Assembly: GCA_964016885.1 (NCBI GenBank)
Contig: OZ024745.1
Location: 114,266,001 to 114,330,000, forward strand
Length of the DNA stretch: 64,000 bases
DNA from: Eledone cirrhosa
Taxonomy: Eukaryota
Direction: 5' to 3'
The notes below the pieces were generated by a model, which searched no databases, was not told where the DNA came from, and saw only the letters and a program-made list of their open reading frames with translations. A program made the position numbers and the translations under genes. Positions 12,453-25,914 of this stretch are shown in pieces. Positions within the stretch are counted from its first letter, which is position 1, and every line of letters begins with the position of its first letter.

Positions 12453-12760
12453 TTTACGTCCGCTTTTCCCTGCTTGCAAGGGTGGGACGGGAACTGAATC
12501 TGGCTGGATGCCCTTCCTAACACCAACCTCATTTACAGTGAGTGCTGGGTGCTTTTTTGCCATGGCACCTCCACGACCACTTTGCAGTGGAATGATAGGG
12601 ACCCCAGTCCCTATCATCTCATTTCTACAACTGAGTAAACTGGAGCAATGTGAAATAAAGTGTCTTGCTCAAGGAAACAACACATCACCCGGTCTGAGAA
12701 TTGAACTCACAACCATTCGATTGCAAGGCCAATGCTCTAACCACTAAGCCATGTGCCTCC
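12424..12760 (-). mobile_element. tRNA-head CORE-type SINE with RTE-derived tail
   Basis: Minus strand: GGAGGCACATGGCTTAGTGGTTAGAGC (A box), GAGTTCAATTC (B box), CCTTGAGCAAGACACTTTATTTCACATTGCTCCAG (CORE-like), RTE-like tail ending (ATG)n. Near-identical copies at 13160-13493 and 19640-19973. Remnant at 5060-5270. Confidence 0.85.
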
Positions 12761-15009
12761 ATGTATATATATATATATCAAAAAGATCGATATATATAAC
12801 GATCATATATCTCTAAGATAGCTTTGTGAGAGAATTAGGACTAACTATCCAAGACCTCAGAGCTTTGTACACTGCTAATATCATAGGAAACCACAAAACT
12901 AATATTTTGCTGAGAACAATCTAATTAGGTAAAAAAACATAGAGACAGAATGAGTATTATGCTTACATAGTCACTAAACATGGCCTATATGGTACTATTT
13001 CATGCATCAAAAATCACCAACAATTACCATTGATTAAAATCGGCAAATAGTGAAGCCAAGAGCTACAATCATCAGTAGACATTTTGAAATTCTAGAAAAA
13101 CATTAGTTCCTAAAGAATGAGAGACCAGTCATTGCTCAGGCCATATCATCATTAATTTCATCATTTCATTTTTACGTCTGCTTTTTTCCCTGCTTGCAAG
13201 GGTGGGACGGGAACTGATTCTGGCTTGATTTCTACAGCTGGATGCCCTTCTTAACACCAACCTCATTTACAGTGAGTGCTGGGTGCTTTTTGCCATGGCA
13301 CCTCCATGACCACTTTGCAGTAGAATAATAGGGACCCCAGTCCCTATCATCTCATTTCTACAGCTGAGTAAACTGGAGCAATGTGAAATAAAGTGTCTTG
13401 CTCAAGGAAACAACACATCACCCGGTCTGAGAATTGAACTCACAACCTTTCGATTGCAAGGCCAATGTTCTAACCACTAAGCCATGTGCCTCCCTATATG
13501 TAGAATAAAAATAAAATTACGTTTGATGGATGTAAGTGGTAATGCTAGAAATAGCTCATACACTAGCACAAATCACTGCTTGACCAAAGAGATCGATAAA
13601 TAATATATAACCATCATGTTATATATTGATAGCTCTGAGAGAATTAGGGCTAAATATATATATGTGTGTGTGTATATATATACACACACACACATTAGAG
13701 TGTGTGTGTGTATATATATACACACACACATGGGAACCCAACCAATTAGAGTGTGCACTTAAACATTAATCAGTGAGGAAGACAACTTCATGTGGTTAGG
13801 AAGTTTGAGTCACCTGGACCTATGCACCAGTTTCTATGATTCCGATATGCCAGTGGTGGTCTGGATAGAATCACCATGTGCAGAAATTAGGTAATGTTTA
13901 GTATACATTACGTAATTTGGCAGGAACCATGTGGACAGCGGTAGTCTTCCTCCCTGGACTGGAAAGTTCTGTATGGCTATCTAGTACACCAGGTTGATGG
14001 ATACAAGTAGTAATTCTCAACTTTCAATGATGCGTGATGTCACATCAAGGGAGAGGAAAGCCAGGCCTGACCAATTTACAGGGAACACATACTAGCGTTG
14101 ATTCAAATTGAAAAAAAAAATGACTAAGTCAGAAGCACTCTATCGGTGTGCTTTCATAGAGAAAAAGAAGACAGTAGCAAACAATAAATAAATCAAACTA
14201 TATCATCATCATCATCATCATCGTTTAACGTCCATGTTCCACGCTTGCATGGGTTTGGACGGGAGTTTTCCCACTTGAGGCAAGAGTGGTTGTCTTGCTC
14301 GCATAGGACTGTCTGGCGGGTTTTCTACGGCTGGATGCCCTTCCTAACACCAACCACGTTTACAGTGTGGACTGGGAGGTTTTTACTGTGTTACCTACAT
14401 GGCCACATTACAGCGTGGACTGTGTGTTTTTTTTGTCGTGACACCTACACGACCTCATTTGTTTCGGACTGGATGTTGTGGTACCAACATAACTTTACAT
14501 TGAAAGGGGTGGGGGTAGAGGACGGGGGTGTATTTTTGTTAGAGGTGCCTACTGACTGTAGTAGGTTTCACTACAGTCAGTAGGCACCTCTAACCAAAAT
14601 ACACCCCCGTCCCACTACCCACACCCCATCCACACCACCCCTTTCAATGTAAAGTTATGTTGGTACCACAACATCCAGTCCGAAACAAATATATATATGT
14701 ATATATTCATTATCATTGTTTAATACCCGCTTTTCCTGCTAGCAAGAGTTAGATGGGTCTATATAGACCAAGTTAATACTGACCTCTCAGACAAGCCGAA
14801 GTGGGGTGGGATTGCTGCATCTTACTTATGTACAATCTTATGTTCTACTGACTGCATAGGGGAGGTTTCAATCCTTTCATTAGGATCTCATCAGTGATTG
14901 AGTACCCTCTTTACTTATCCATATTATTGTTTATAAAGGCATTGTAAATAAATGCTTCAGAAATGTGATTTGCATAAATTAATACTTTCTTCACACAGAA
15001 AAATATAGA

Positions 15010-15212
15010 TATGAGGGTCAGCCGAAAAGTTCATATGTTGACTATGAAGGAGTGATGTTAGCACCGTGAAATTTTGTATGCATTAATTTCAACTCTTCTT
15101 ATTAATAACTACATTATTTCTTTCTAGCGACTATGTTGAAAAATAATCCTCATTTGGTTATTCCATGAAAGTATCTTGGTCAGCCTATGAACTTTTCAGC
15201 TAACTCTTGTGT
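15010..15212. mobile_element. Tc1/mariner-type MITE
   Basis: Imperfect TIRs TATGAGGGTCAGCCGAAAAGTTCATA / TATGAACTTTTCAGCTAACTCTTGT. The internal part is repeated at about 24186-24330. Confidence 0.65.
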
Positions 15213-16659
15213 AAACACAACACAACAAATTACATCATAGACTAAGCCTATTAAAACCACGTGTAAAATTATACGAATCACATGCATATTCGTTATGAAA
15301 TATGTAGATGTACACATTATAAAAATGTGTACACATTACTGGTGCTTTATTTTATCGACCCCATAAGGATGAAAGGCAAAGTTAACCTCGGTGGGATTTG
15401 AACTCAAACTGTAAAGGGGCATATCTCTATGCTGCAAAGCATGGCGTCCGACCTTCTACCGATACTGCCAATCCAATGTTCACTTGAGTTTCAACTATTT
15501 GTAAGCAAAATATAGCTATTCATTTGTTTGTGTCTTTTGTGGTTATGAAAATAGAAAAGAAAGTGAAGTAATTTATAAATTCAGCTGTAAATGTGAAAGT
15601 TGTAAACTTCATAATTTCAAATGTTATATCGGCCTTACATGTACAATATTTCATAGGCTCACATGACTTCAAATGTTATATCAGCTTTACAAGAACAATA
15701 CTAATATCTCACCATGCTCTTACTACAAAGAGCAATTGCAACTCAACCAAAGCTAGATAGGAAAACATTGTATATATGGTTCTATAACTCCTGAGAGAGC
15801 TGTAGGGAGCCCTATTGACAGTGTTTCTAGGACATATTTAAACCTGGCAGAGCCCATCTATTCTCCTGGTCTGAATAAAGCAGATTTCTTCCAGAGAAGG
15901 ATAAAGAGAGGAAAAATGGAAGTGAGAAAGAATTGACCCCAGTACTGGACTGGTACTTTTTTGTCGACCTCGAATGGATGAAAGGCAAAGTTGACATCGG
16001 CAGGATTTGAATTTAGAGAGCAGAAAGCCAAAATAAATACCACAAAGCATTATATCCAACGTTCTAACCACTCTGCCAATTTGCTGCCATATGAAAACAT
16101 TAATGGACAACAAATCCATACTATATAGAATTCCATATAAAAATAGTTGATTAATGTAGGAAGTATTATTTATACCAGCACCACACGATTTTTTTGTTCA
16201 GTCATGACGCCTTGAATAAATGTTTTCTAATAGCCTCAGATTCACTAAGCCTTGTTGGTATTCGGTCCATATTGAGAAGAAAGGCAGGATAGATTGTGAG
16301 TCTGGTAACCATGCCTTTAGTGATCAAAATTGCTACAGAATGAAGAGTAGATCCAAACATTCATTAACAAAGCAGTAAGGTTACGGTGTGTTTACAGTTG
16401 CATCTATGAAGGGGTCAGGCCAGAAGTGAAAGGATGCTCGACTTCTGAAAAGTCCATAGAGGATCCAGCATACAGCCTCAAATGAGGAGAGGAATGATTC
16501 ACAAAGTGATCCAGCATACAGCTTCAAATGAGTAGACCTGCCAATACTACTCCTTAGTACCACGTCTACAATAATAAAAGGCATCACTACCAATCTCAGA
16601 AAGGATAATTTTCAGATCAACATTGAAAAGAGCAAATAATGGTTATTGGGGAGATACTG

Positions 16660-17075
16660 CAATAAGCAGTCCATTTGGAGGACTAAACTGTGTAGATCTT
16701 TGACTCCTTGGCAGTAACATCGCTGATGAAAGAAACTCAGAAACTGATACGGGGAAGCGACTCAACAAAGCTGCACCTGTCTTCCAGCACCTGAAGCCTG
16801 TATGGTCCAACTTCTCGATCAGCTAAGACACCAAACCCCTTCTATATACATCAATGGTTGTGGCAACAGAGACTTATGCTTGCAAGATGTGGAAAAAGAC
16901 CATCAGAATCTACAGAACTGCAGATGTCTTCCATAGATGTCACCTTAGGACCATAATAAGAATATCTTGATATGACACCATGATGATTACAGAGGTGATG
17001 GAAAGGACCAGGATGAGTAATCTACAAGTTAGCATCACCGTAAGACACAGAAAATGCTCGGCTACATGTTACGTA
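16660..17075 (+). mobile_element. RTE LINE RT/C-terminal remnant
   Basis: LGSNIADERNSETDTGKRLNKAAPVFQHLKPVWSN...TYACKMWK...DVFHRCHLRTIIRIS, with stops. Confidence 0.7.
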
Positions 17076-17299
17076 TATCTACGAGAGCCTCCCTCGAGTG
17101 AAAATCAGAAGGGGGCCATAGGAAATGAATCAGTCCTGCCAAGTTGAGATCAGTGGGAAGGACCTGACATGTATTGTTTTTTTGCTCAATCTTCTGACTT
17201 TCTAGAACAAATCATTGCATATTCGCGGAATCGTAAATATCTTCCATGATTTTTTATGGCTTTTTTAACGCTAAATTATCAATAACAATATACTGTATT

Positions 17300-19250
17300 T
17301 GACAGCCTATTGGATGTCTCTTCGCATGAGACGGTCCCTCTTATTTAAAAAAAATAGTTTGACATTCATAGGCATTTTTATGGATCACGTCCAATACTCG
17401 CGGATTTTCATTCTTCACGGGGGTTATGTTCCTAGAGCACCTGTGGGACAACTGTATATATATATATATATATATCTTAAGGTTTGTTGGATAGAACTGG
17501 TCATTCTGTATGGTCAATCCTGGTGTAATATTGTGAAGAGTACTCAACGCAGTGCAGTTCACCCATGTTCGTTTGTATAGTTGGTGGTGCGAATATGGAG
17601 TTAATTATAAATGAAATAACAGGAGGCTAGACTGGTGTAAATCCTTGAAAGGTTTATTATACTATGATCATTTCAATGACCGGGTTCCATATGAATCCGG
17701 TGATATCATCAGGTATTGGAATATAACAAAGGAATATGTAAAAAGCCATGGGTCCGAGAAACCAGAGACAGAGAGGGCGGCTGAGCAACCAGCTTCACAG
17801 CCAGCTGCCCTCAAAGTGTTGGCAACCGAAAACTACCAGTGAATATCTGGTAAGGGGGCACAGGCCTATCATGTACTACCACCACTCCGTCAAAGAAGAA
17901 GGGGAAAAAAGAAAGAAAGGGAGAAAGAAATGTAGTGTAAGGGTCAAACTACATTCATGTTAGAAAATGCCGCAGCATTTTCTAACATGAATGTAGTTTG
18001 ACTACGAAAGAGACACATGAGTAATTGAATTTGACGAAGCAAAGTTCCTTTATACCCGTATTGTGGGGGAAATGTTTATCTGTAAAATCTAGTTTTTCCT
18101 TACGTTAGTTTTTACATTTAGAGAGAAAGTGGGTGTAAACAAGAGGTCCATTTCAAGGTCTGTTTTATGGGGAGCTACTGTGTATATATTGTATCTTATC
18201 TTTGAAGTCACTAAGAAGACTCTATTATAATAGAAGACTGCCTTATGAAATCCTTTTTATAGGATGATAAATTGGATAGCCTGCGACATATGTTGGGGAA
18301 ATAAGTTCTTAAAAACTATGGGGATGGAGGATTGACAGGAAACTATGTTGATATATTTTAGTTATCCATCAGATTATGAAAGGGTTCGTAAGAATCTATA
18401 GTTAAATCGAGATTTGCATCTAGGAAGTTAGTCTTATCTAGGTTAGTCTATACTGGGACCTTTAGTCATAGGTTATGGAAGGTAGCTATTAATTTTTTGC
18501 GGACCATATCTAAGGTGTGCCCATTACAACTATATGATAAGGCCAAGCCATCATCTTGGTATATACCGACACCGTGGTTGGGGACATCAGGTCACACATA
18601 TCAGCGCTGTCATTTGAATCAATCGAAGCATCTAATGAATCTTCTGATTCAAATTTCTTTACCCATGTAGACTCATTGTTGAAAAGCAAGGTTTTGCGGG
18701 CGTATATAATGACATCTATTCCATTATCATTAATATTACTATTAACTTTGCCTTTCATCCTTTCGGTGTCGATAAAATAAAGTACCAGTAATACACTGGG
18801 TTATTGCTGGCCTTGTGCCTAAAGTAGAAACAATTAATATTACTATGGATTGGCAGTATCGTTAGAGGGTCGGACGCCATGCTTTGACGTATAGAGTTAC
18901 GGCCCTTGCCATTCTGAGTTCAAATCCCGCCGAGGTTAACTTTGCCTTTCATCCTTACGGGGTCGATAAAATAAAGTACCAGTAATGTACTAGATATTTG
19001 CTGGCCTTGTGCCTAAAGTTGAAACAATTAATATTACTAAACCTACGGCCGTACTCTAAAGTGCTAACTAATAATAGCCTAGAAATTGAGGGTAAAAGTC
19101 CAATATATCAAACTTGGTGAACTTAGCCGTATTTTTTAGGGAATATCTCTGAAATAGGATATCTGTGATGTAATATTACTCCGCGGTGAGAGAGTTGTAA
19201 ACATTGATTTCTCTTAATATTTTCTTACTGGCGATAACAACATTGCAAAT
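17300..19250 (-). mobile_element. Degraded Penelope-like element interrupted by SINEs
   Basis: IDVIIYARKTLLFNNESTWVKK...DSADMCDLM (18510-18758) is homologous to the Penelope RT segment at 30165-30360. SINEs inserted at 18740-19030. Confidence 0.65.
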
Positions 19251-19349
19251 AGTGCGAACTGGACAGGCTATTATAGTCCTCCAATTATGAACCACACCAT
19301 GTTAGTGCTACTGCTACTATACATACATACATACATACATCAATATGAT

Positions 19350-19390
<41 letters not shown>

Positions 19391-19477
19391 AAAAGGCAAA
19401 CAGAAATAACAAAGCAAACGATACAGTACAACGAAGAAATATGTTATTAGTTTTACGCTTGATATAATAGGAAAAGG

Positions 19478-19516
19478 GTCTTCACGTTTCGGACGCTAGT
19501 CCTTCATCAGATGGTA
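19478..19516 (-). ncRNA. Minimal hammerhead ribozyme motif
   Basis: CTGATGA-A-GGAC-tagc-GTCC-GAAA-CGT on the minus strand. Stem I and the cleavage triplet look degenerate. Confidence 0.6.
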
Positions 19517-19557
19517 GAATGAGAAATTAAAGAATAAATAGAAAGATTAAGGACACG

Positions 19558-19593
<36 letters not shown>

Positions 19594-20006
19594 TATATAT
19601 ATATATTAATATATATATTCATTCATTCATTTCATTTTCATTCATTTCATTTTACATCCGCTTTTCCCTGCTTGCAAGGGTGGGACGGGAACTGATTCTG
19701 GCTTGATTTCTACAGCTGGATGCCCTTCCTAACACCAACCTCATTTACAGTGAGTGCTGGGTGCTTTTTTTGCCGTGGCACCTCCACGACCACTTTGCAG
19801 TGGAATCATAGGGACCTCAGCCCCTATCATCTCATTTCTACAGCTGAGTAAACTGGAGCAATGTGAAATAACGTGTCTTGCTCAAGGAAACAACACATCA
19901 CCCGGTCTGAGAATTGAACTCACAACCTTTCGATTGCAAGGCCAATGCTCTAACCACTAAGCCATGTGCCTCCATTTATATATATGTATGTATATATATA
20001 TATATA

Positions 20007-20041
<35 letters not shown>

Positions 20042-20045
<4 letters not shown>

Positions 20046-20639
20046 TCATCATCATCATCACCGTTTTACGTCCGTTCTTCCACGCTAGCATGGGTTAGAC
20101 GGGTTGTCCTGTTGTGGGCAGTGTCTGGTCGGCTGACCATGCCTTGCTCATGCAGGAACTGATCTGGCTTGATTTCTACAGCTGGATGCCCTTCCTAACA
20201 CCAACCTCATTTACAGTGAGTGATGGGTGCTTTTTCGTGGCGCCTACACGTCCACTTTACAGTGTGGGCTGGGTGCTTTTTTGCCGTGGCACCTCCACGA
20301 CCACCTTGCGGTGGGGGGGGGGGGGGGCATATTGTTTATATGCTTCAGCATGTACCCATGGGAGGTCGGGTACCCTGTATTACTGCGTGACGCCAGAAGT
20401 CACGGTCGTGTGTCATTGACTTTGAGAGGTGTAGTTGGGTAAGGTCGGCTTTTATCACCTCATCCCAAGTCATCTTGGGTCTCCCCACTCCGCGGTTTCC
20501 ATCAACTTCTAGTGCTCTGCACCTTTTTATGCAGCTGTCATCCTTCATACGCATCACATGTCCATACCAGCGTAACCGCCTCTCCTGCACGCAGCATTTG
20601 ATTCCTCTTATGCTCAGTCTCTCTCTCAATTCATTTATG

Positions 20640-20640
<1 letters not shown>
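20042..20640 (-). mobile_element. RTE-clade LINE 3' end
   Basis: RRLRWYGHVMRM...RGVGRPKMTWDEVIKADL...DRDFWR, followed by a 3'UTR with 48-bp units and a (GAT)n tail. Confidence 0.92.
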
Positions 20641-20691
<51 letters not shown>

Positions 20692-21059
20692 CTGGTATGA
20701 ACACTTTTTCAACACACCTACACCCATGCACTTATTAAAGGGGGAGAAAAGAAACCCCTACCACACCACAGACATGTTAAATCCCTATATATAGAACAAC
20801 ACACCACATACACATCAGTTTGACAAGCGCACCTCAGCGTGAAAGGTCTTTCTAAAAACGAAACAATACCTCCTACGTTAACCAAGAACTCCTAAGACCT
20901 AACCAACAACCAACAACTTAATTTATAAAATAATTTTTTTTAAGAAAAATTCTTTTGGGATTTTGTGAAGAAAATAAATTTGTTGAAAGCACAAGTGAAG
21001 CCATTTTTTCTTCCCCCCTGTCTTAATATACCTAACTGTACCAAGGATTACACACATTT

Positions 21060-21128
<69 letters not shown>

Positions 21129-21479
21129 AAAAAGTTTAACCTCAACGGCAGAGCTCAAGCCGTTTCGACGGCTATTCAGAAATAGCTGTCGAAACGGCTT
21201 GACCTTTGCCGTCGGGGTTAAACTTTTTCCTATTACCAACTCTACTACCCTAAGTATTGAGTACTCTGGTGCGTTATGGTCCAGCTGGTTCCTTACCACA
21301 CTTCCTTCGTTATATATATTTTTCTTACTGATAATAAGGTAGTAATAAATTACTGACCTTTCCTGTTTATAGATAATACTATTATATATATGTATATATA
21401 TAGAGAGAGAGAGGGGGGGGGGAGACTTTGATTTTGTATTTGCTTTGCAAGATTTCTTATATGAAAACGTTTTGAAACA

Positions 21480-22830
21480 TATATTGTTATACTTTGGGAG
21501 GGTCATGCTGGCAATAAAACACACGCAGCTATTGGTTGCACTTCAAATTATTAGAAACTCCTAGTCGATTAGGTTAATAACCGGATGGTTGTTTAGTTGT
21601 TGATTGTCAAAGCTCTTTTGTCACAGATTCTGTGACCTCTTCACTGACTACATTTGTTGTTATTTTGTGCTGTCCTAACCATCTTCTTTTTGTGAGCTAT
21701 ATACTTAGGCTACAAATGTATTATATCCGGGTTTGTGAGTGTGTGTGTGTGCTTTGTTTTTATTTTTCTGTTTATACGTTTATTTACTTGTCACTAGTTG
21801 ATTGCTTGTTCTATCTCTGTGTGTGTCTGGTTTGCTTCATGAGTTTGGTTCTTACGTGCCTCTGTATGTCCTTATCTCAATAACTATATGTAATGTTGCT
21901 ATTCCACTCATGTTTTCTGTTTAGTTTTTGTTGGTGTTTGTTTACGTTTGTCGTTTCTGTAATATGTCGGAGTATTGTGTCTGTTCTGTGTATTGATATG
22001 ATTTTATTTCGATGTTCTCTGGAGTGCCTCCCTGTTCCATTCTGGCATGTTGGTGGAGTACTGATGAGTTCTTCTCATCTTGGACTTCTCGCTAGTGTTC
22101 ATTTTATTCTTTCTCCTATGCTACGAGCTGTCTCCCCCATATAAGTCATGTTCCTATTCCTACACTGTTCCTCCATACATCTTATGCTAGATACAACGTT
22201 CCTAGCTTTGCAGTTATTTGTAGGCTTGGTTTGCAGACTATACATTTCTTAACAGTGCAGGGGCTTTTCTCTAAGGGGTATGTTCTACTAATTAGGGCTT
22301 TTGTAGGAATACCTGGTTTTTCTACTATCTTAATATTTAATTTTAGTTTGTCTAGAGCCCTTCTAAATCTGTAAGCTAGTTCACCTCTGAGGGTTACATT
22401 GATGGACATTACACTCTGGTATTTGTTGCTGTCATACCATGAGTTGATCTTATTTGTCTGTGTGGGTCTTCTTGATTTCAATGGTCAAGAACACACACAC
22501 AGAAAGACGGAGCGGGTGGATCAGAGCTATACGGACCCCCCAAAACCACGACCAAGTAAAGAAAATGATCGAACATTCGGTGGAGCCTGTATAAGGAACA
22601 TATGTTTAAGTTAAATGGCAAAACATATGCCAAAGAGGAGGCAGCAGCCATCGGCGTCAGTATTGCTGGTAACGTAGCTAACCTCTTTATGGTATGGTGG
22701 GACAGGGATTTAAGGAACGCTTAGATGAGAACTCTATAACCCTGATTATGTACTCCCACTACATAGCTACGTAGATGACATCAATATCGTAGTGAAAACA
22801 GCCTCCCAAAGTAAAGCAATGTATATATAC
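21480..22830 (-). mobile_element. Penelope-like element (second family) with inverted RT fragment
   Basis: Minus strand: YQSVMSINVTLRGELAYRFR...IKIVEKPG...C..C, then YGETARSIGER (GIY-YIG). Plus strand 22640-22800: GVSIAGNVANLFMVWWD...VDDINIV (RT). Confidence 0.75.
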
Positions 22831-22880
22831 ACACGCGCACGCGCACACACACACAAACGCGCGCGCGCACACACACACAC

Positions 22881-22921
<41 letters not shown>

Positions 22922-23036
22922 TATATACGTATATATAATTGGCAGTAGCACTAAAGTAGCGTTGTTCACAATAGGAGTGCAATGAAAACATATGCATGTA
23001 CAAAAAATATAAGTGAGCCTCGCTATGAAAGAAAGG

Positions 23037-23089
<53 letters not shown>

Positions 23090-24379
23090 GGGGGGGCTTA
23101 GTGTCTGAATATGGTGAGTAGGGCAAATCAAGCGAGGCTCCTCGAATTCCAAGACGAAATATCCTTCAGCCATCAAACAAAACAAGGAAATAAATTACAC
23201 AGCTTTGGTTTATATGGCTTATATTTTTTATGAGAAGCAAGTTGGGTAAAAACAACGAACGCGTTTCGATTTTATTAGATCTCTTTAGCGAAGCACATTC
23301 GACTTGCAAGCTGTCCTGATAAAGATATAGAATAAGGGAAAGAAATAATTGTTTCTACTTTTAGGCGCAAGGCCAGCAATCACCCAGTGCATTACTGGTA
23401 CTTTATTTTATCGATTCCGTAAGGATGAAAGGCAAAGTCAACCTCGGCGGGATTTGAACTCAGATCGTAAAGGGACGTAACTATGCTGGAAAGCATGGCG
23501 TCCGACCCTCTACCGATACTGCCAATCCACCGCCAAGGGAAAGAAATAATACTCTGATTATGTATTTCAATAATCCTTTCAATAATCGAAGCCAAGTCCT
23601 CGATGGGAACACTCTGCATAAAGTCTATGACACAAATACACAAACACACGCGCGCATATATATGTATGCGTATGTTGTTTGTTTGTGTGAGTGTGTTTGT
23701 GATTCTGTGCGTGCTTTACATCAATATATTATATTATATTATTTATATAAGCGTAATCATAGTGGTGTGATGAAGCAATTCACTTTGCAGCCACATGGTT
23801 TCGGATTCAGTCCCACTGCGAGGAACATTAGAATGGTAGATTAACCAATACTTTGAGAGGAAAATGTAGTCTCACAGAACTAAAAACCGTTATAATTATC
23901 ATATATGTTCATTTCGACATTTTGAACAAAATACATATGAAGATAATGACATAAAAATTACAAGTTAGCCTAATCTATAATTAAAAGGGCAATGTCCTAC
24001 ATACACGGATCGGAAAGACGTCAGCTATGTATAGCAGAATAGCACAGCTTACTAAAAAGCACGTATACACTCTTAAACGAGAAACCGGAACTATTTTCTA
24101 AATGTAAACACGGGGATCAATATCTATTGAATCATTTTCAATGACGATCAGAATAAATTTTTGTATACCGAAACACTTAAAATGACATAGGCTGACTATG
24201 AAGGAGTGATGTTAGCGCTGTGAAATCTTGCATGCATTAATTTCAACTCTTATTAATAACTGTATTGTTTCTTCCTAGGGACTATGTTGAAAAATAAACC
24301 GCATTTGGTCATTCCATGAGACTGTCTTGCACACACAATGCTTTCATAACATTCTTCTTATGATTATTTCCTAAGAAAT

Positions 24380-24660
24380 TCCTAACTCCATATTCGTAGT
24401 ATCAGAGCTGTGATCTCTCAATTCTGCGAAGTAACGACTCTACCTGAAGCGACTCTATGTTCTCCGATCTACACAATCTATCTAGGAACGTTACTCCAAA
24501 GACCCTTCGGAGGAACACCTCGCCGTTTAGTAAGTTCGAGAATTCGAGCTTCACATACGACGTTTGTATATATTTTCAAAAGCTGTTTGATTTACGTAGC
24601 TCTTTATTTAGACAGTGAGATGTTACCAGGGGTCCCCTAGCTTAAATGCTAGAAAGCACC
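24380..24660 (-). mobile_element. RTE LINE remnant
   Basis: Shares CGTTACTCCAAAGACCCTTCG with 50237-50494, which encodes RRVFGVT on the minus strand. Confidence 0.5.
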
Positions 24661-25083
24661 TTAACTGGAACCAACTGAATGTAATAGCAGTTATTTTCTG
24701 CACCTGAGCTTATCTCTATTTAATTTTTAACTTCTGTTTTGATTACGCCCCATTACGATCTGAGTTCAAATCCCGCCGAGGTTAACTTTGCCTTTCATCC
24801 TTACGGTGTCGATAAAATAAAGTACCAGTAATGTACTGGGTTATTGTTGGCCTTGTGCCAAAAGTAGAAACAATTAATATGTATTTACGAAACAATATTT
24901 TGTTCCATATTTCATCAAATTAGTACAAAGGACTATTTTTTTTTTTTTTGTCTAAATGCATCAATAATCTACTTTGAATTTTTTGTTTTTTATTCTTTGT
25001 CAATTGCTATTACCTAACCGTATATGGCTGTATATATGTGTGAACTTATTGCAGACAAATGACACGTGTTAAACATTCAGACA

Positions 25084-25141
<58 letters not shown>

Positions 25142-25245
25142 TGCGCGTGCGCGTGTGTGTGTGTGCGTGTGTGTGTGTGCGTGTGTGTTTTGAGTATGTC
25201 TGTGAGTGCACGTTGTTTGTTTTTTCTGTGTGTGTGCGCGTGCGC

Positions 25246-25281
<36 letters not shown>

Positions 25282-25775
25282 GTGTGTGTGCGTGTGTGTT
25301 TTGAGTATGTCTGTGAGTGCACGTTGTTTGTTTTGTGTGTGTGTGAGCGTGTGCGTTTGCACTTCAGAAAAAGTAAATAATTCGATCATTCTTAAAGTTT
25401 CGTTCTTGTTATGCAGCATGATGTCAGAGGTCTTTAAAAACCGTCGGTTATTTGTTTCCTGAGAACATATTGTGAGACGATAGCCATGGTTAATAGCATT
25501 AAAGGAAAACTTTCTCACGCGAACACGAGAAATAATGTGAAGGGGACAACGGAATCTAATGAGATCCACACTACATGATTAATTGTAGCTTAGTGCAATG
25601 GCAACGCCTAGACTAAGAGCAATAACTATTGAAATAGGCCAAATCAATTAAGATGTCACTGCCTAATTGTTTTCACAATTAACTCAATATATTTTGGGTG
25701 AAAAAATCAGATTTCCAGTACAGATGATAACCTAATTTTTGTGTGTTAATTATTCTAATTCTATGGAATAATACG

Positions 25776-25836
<61 letters not shown>

Positions 25837-25845
25837 CGTGTGTGT

Positions 25846-25914
<69 letters not shown>

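Noticed and set aside
12690-12760. tRNA gene
   Set aside because: The A/B boxes continue into SINE body and tail in three near-identical copies, so this is a SINE head.
25069-25740. Host exon on the minus strand (hydrophobic stretch near 25600)
   Set aside because: Interrupted by stops, no recognisable family, and the ORF runs into a (CA)n tract.
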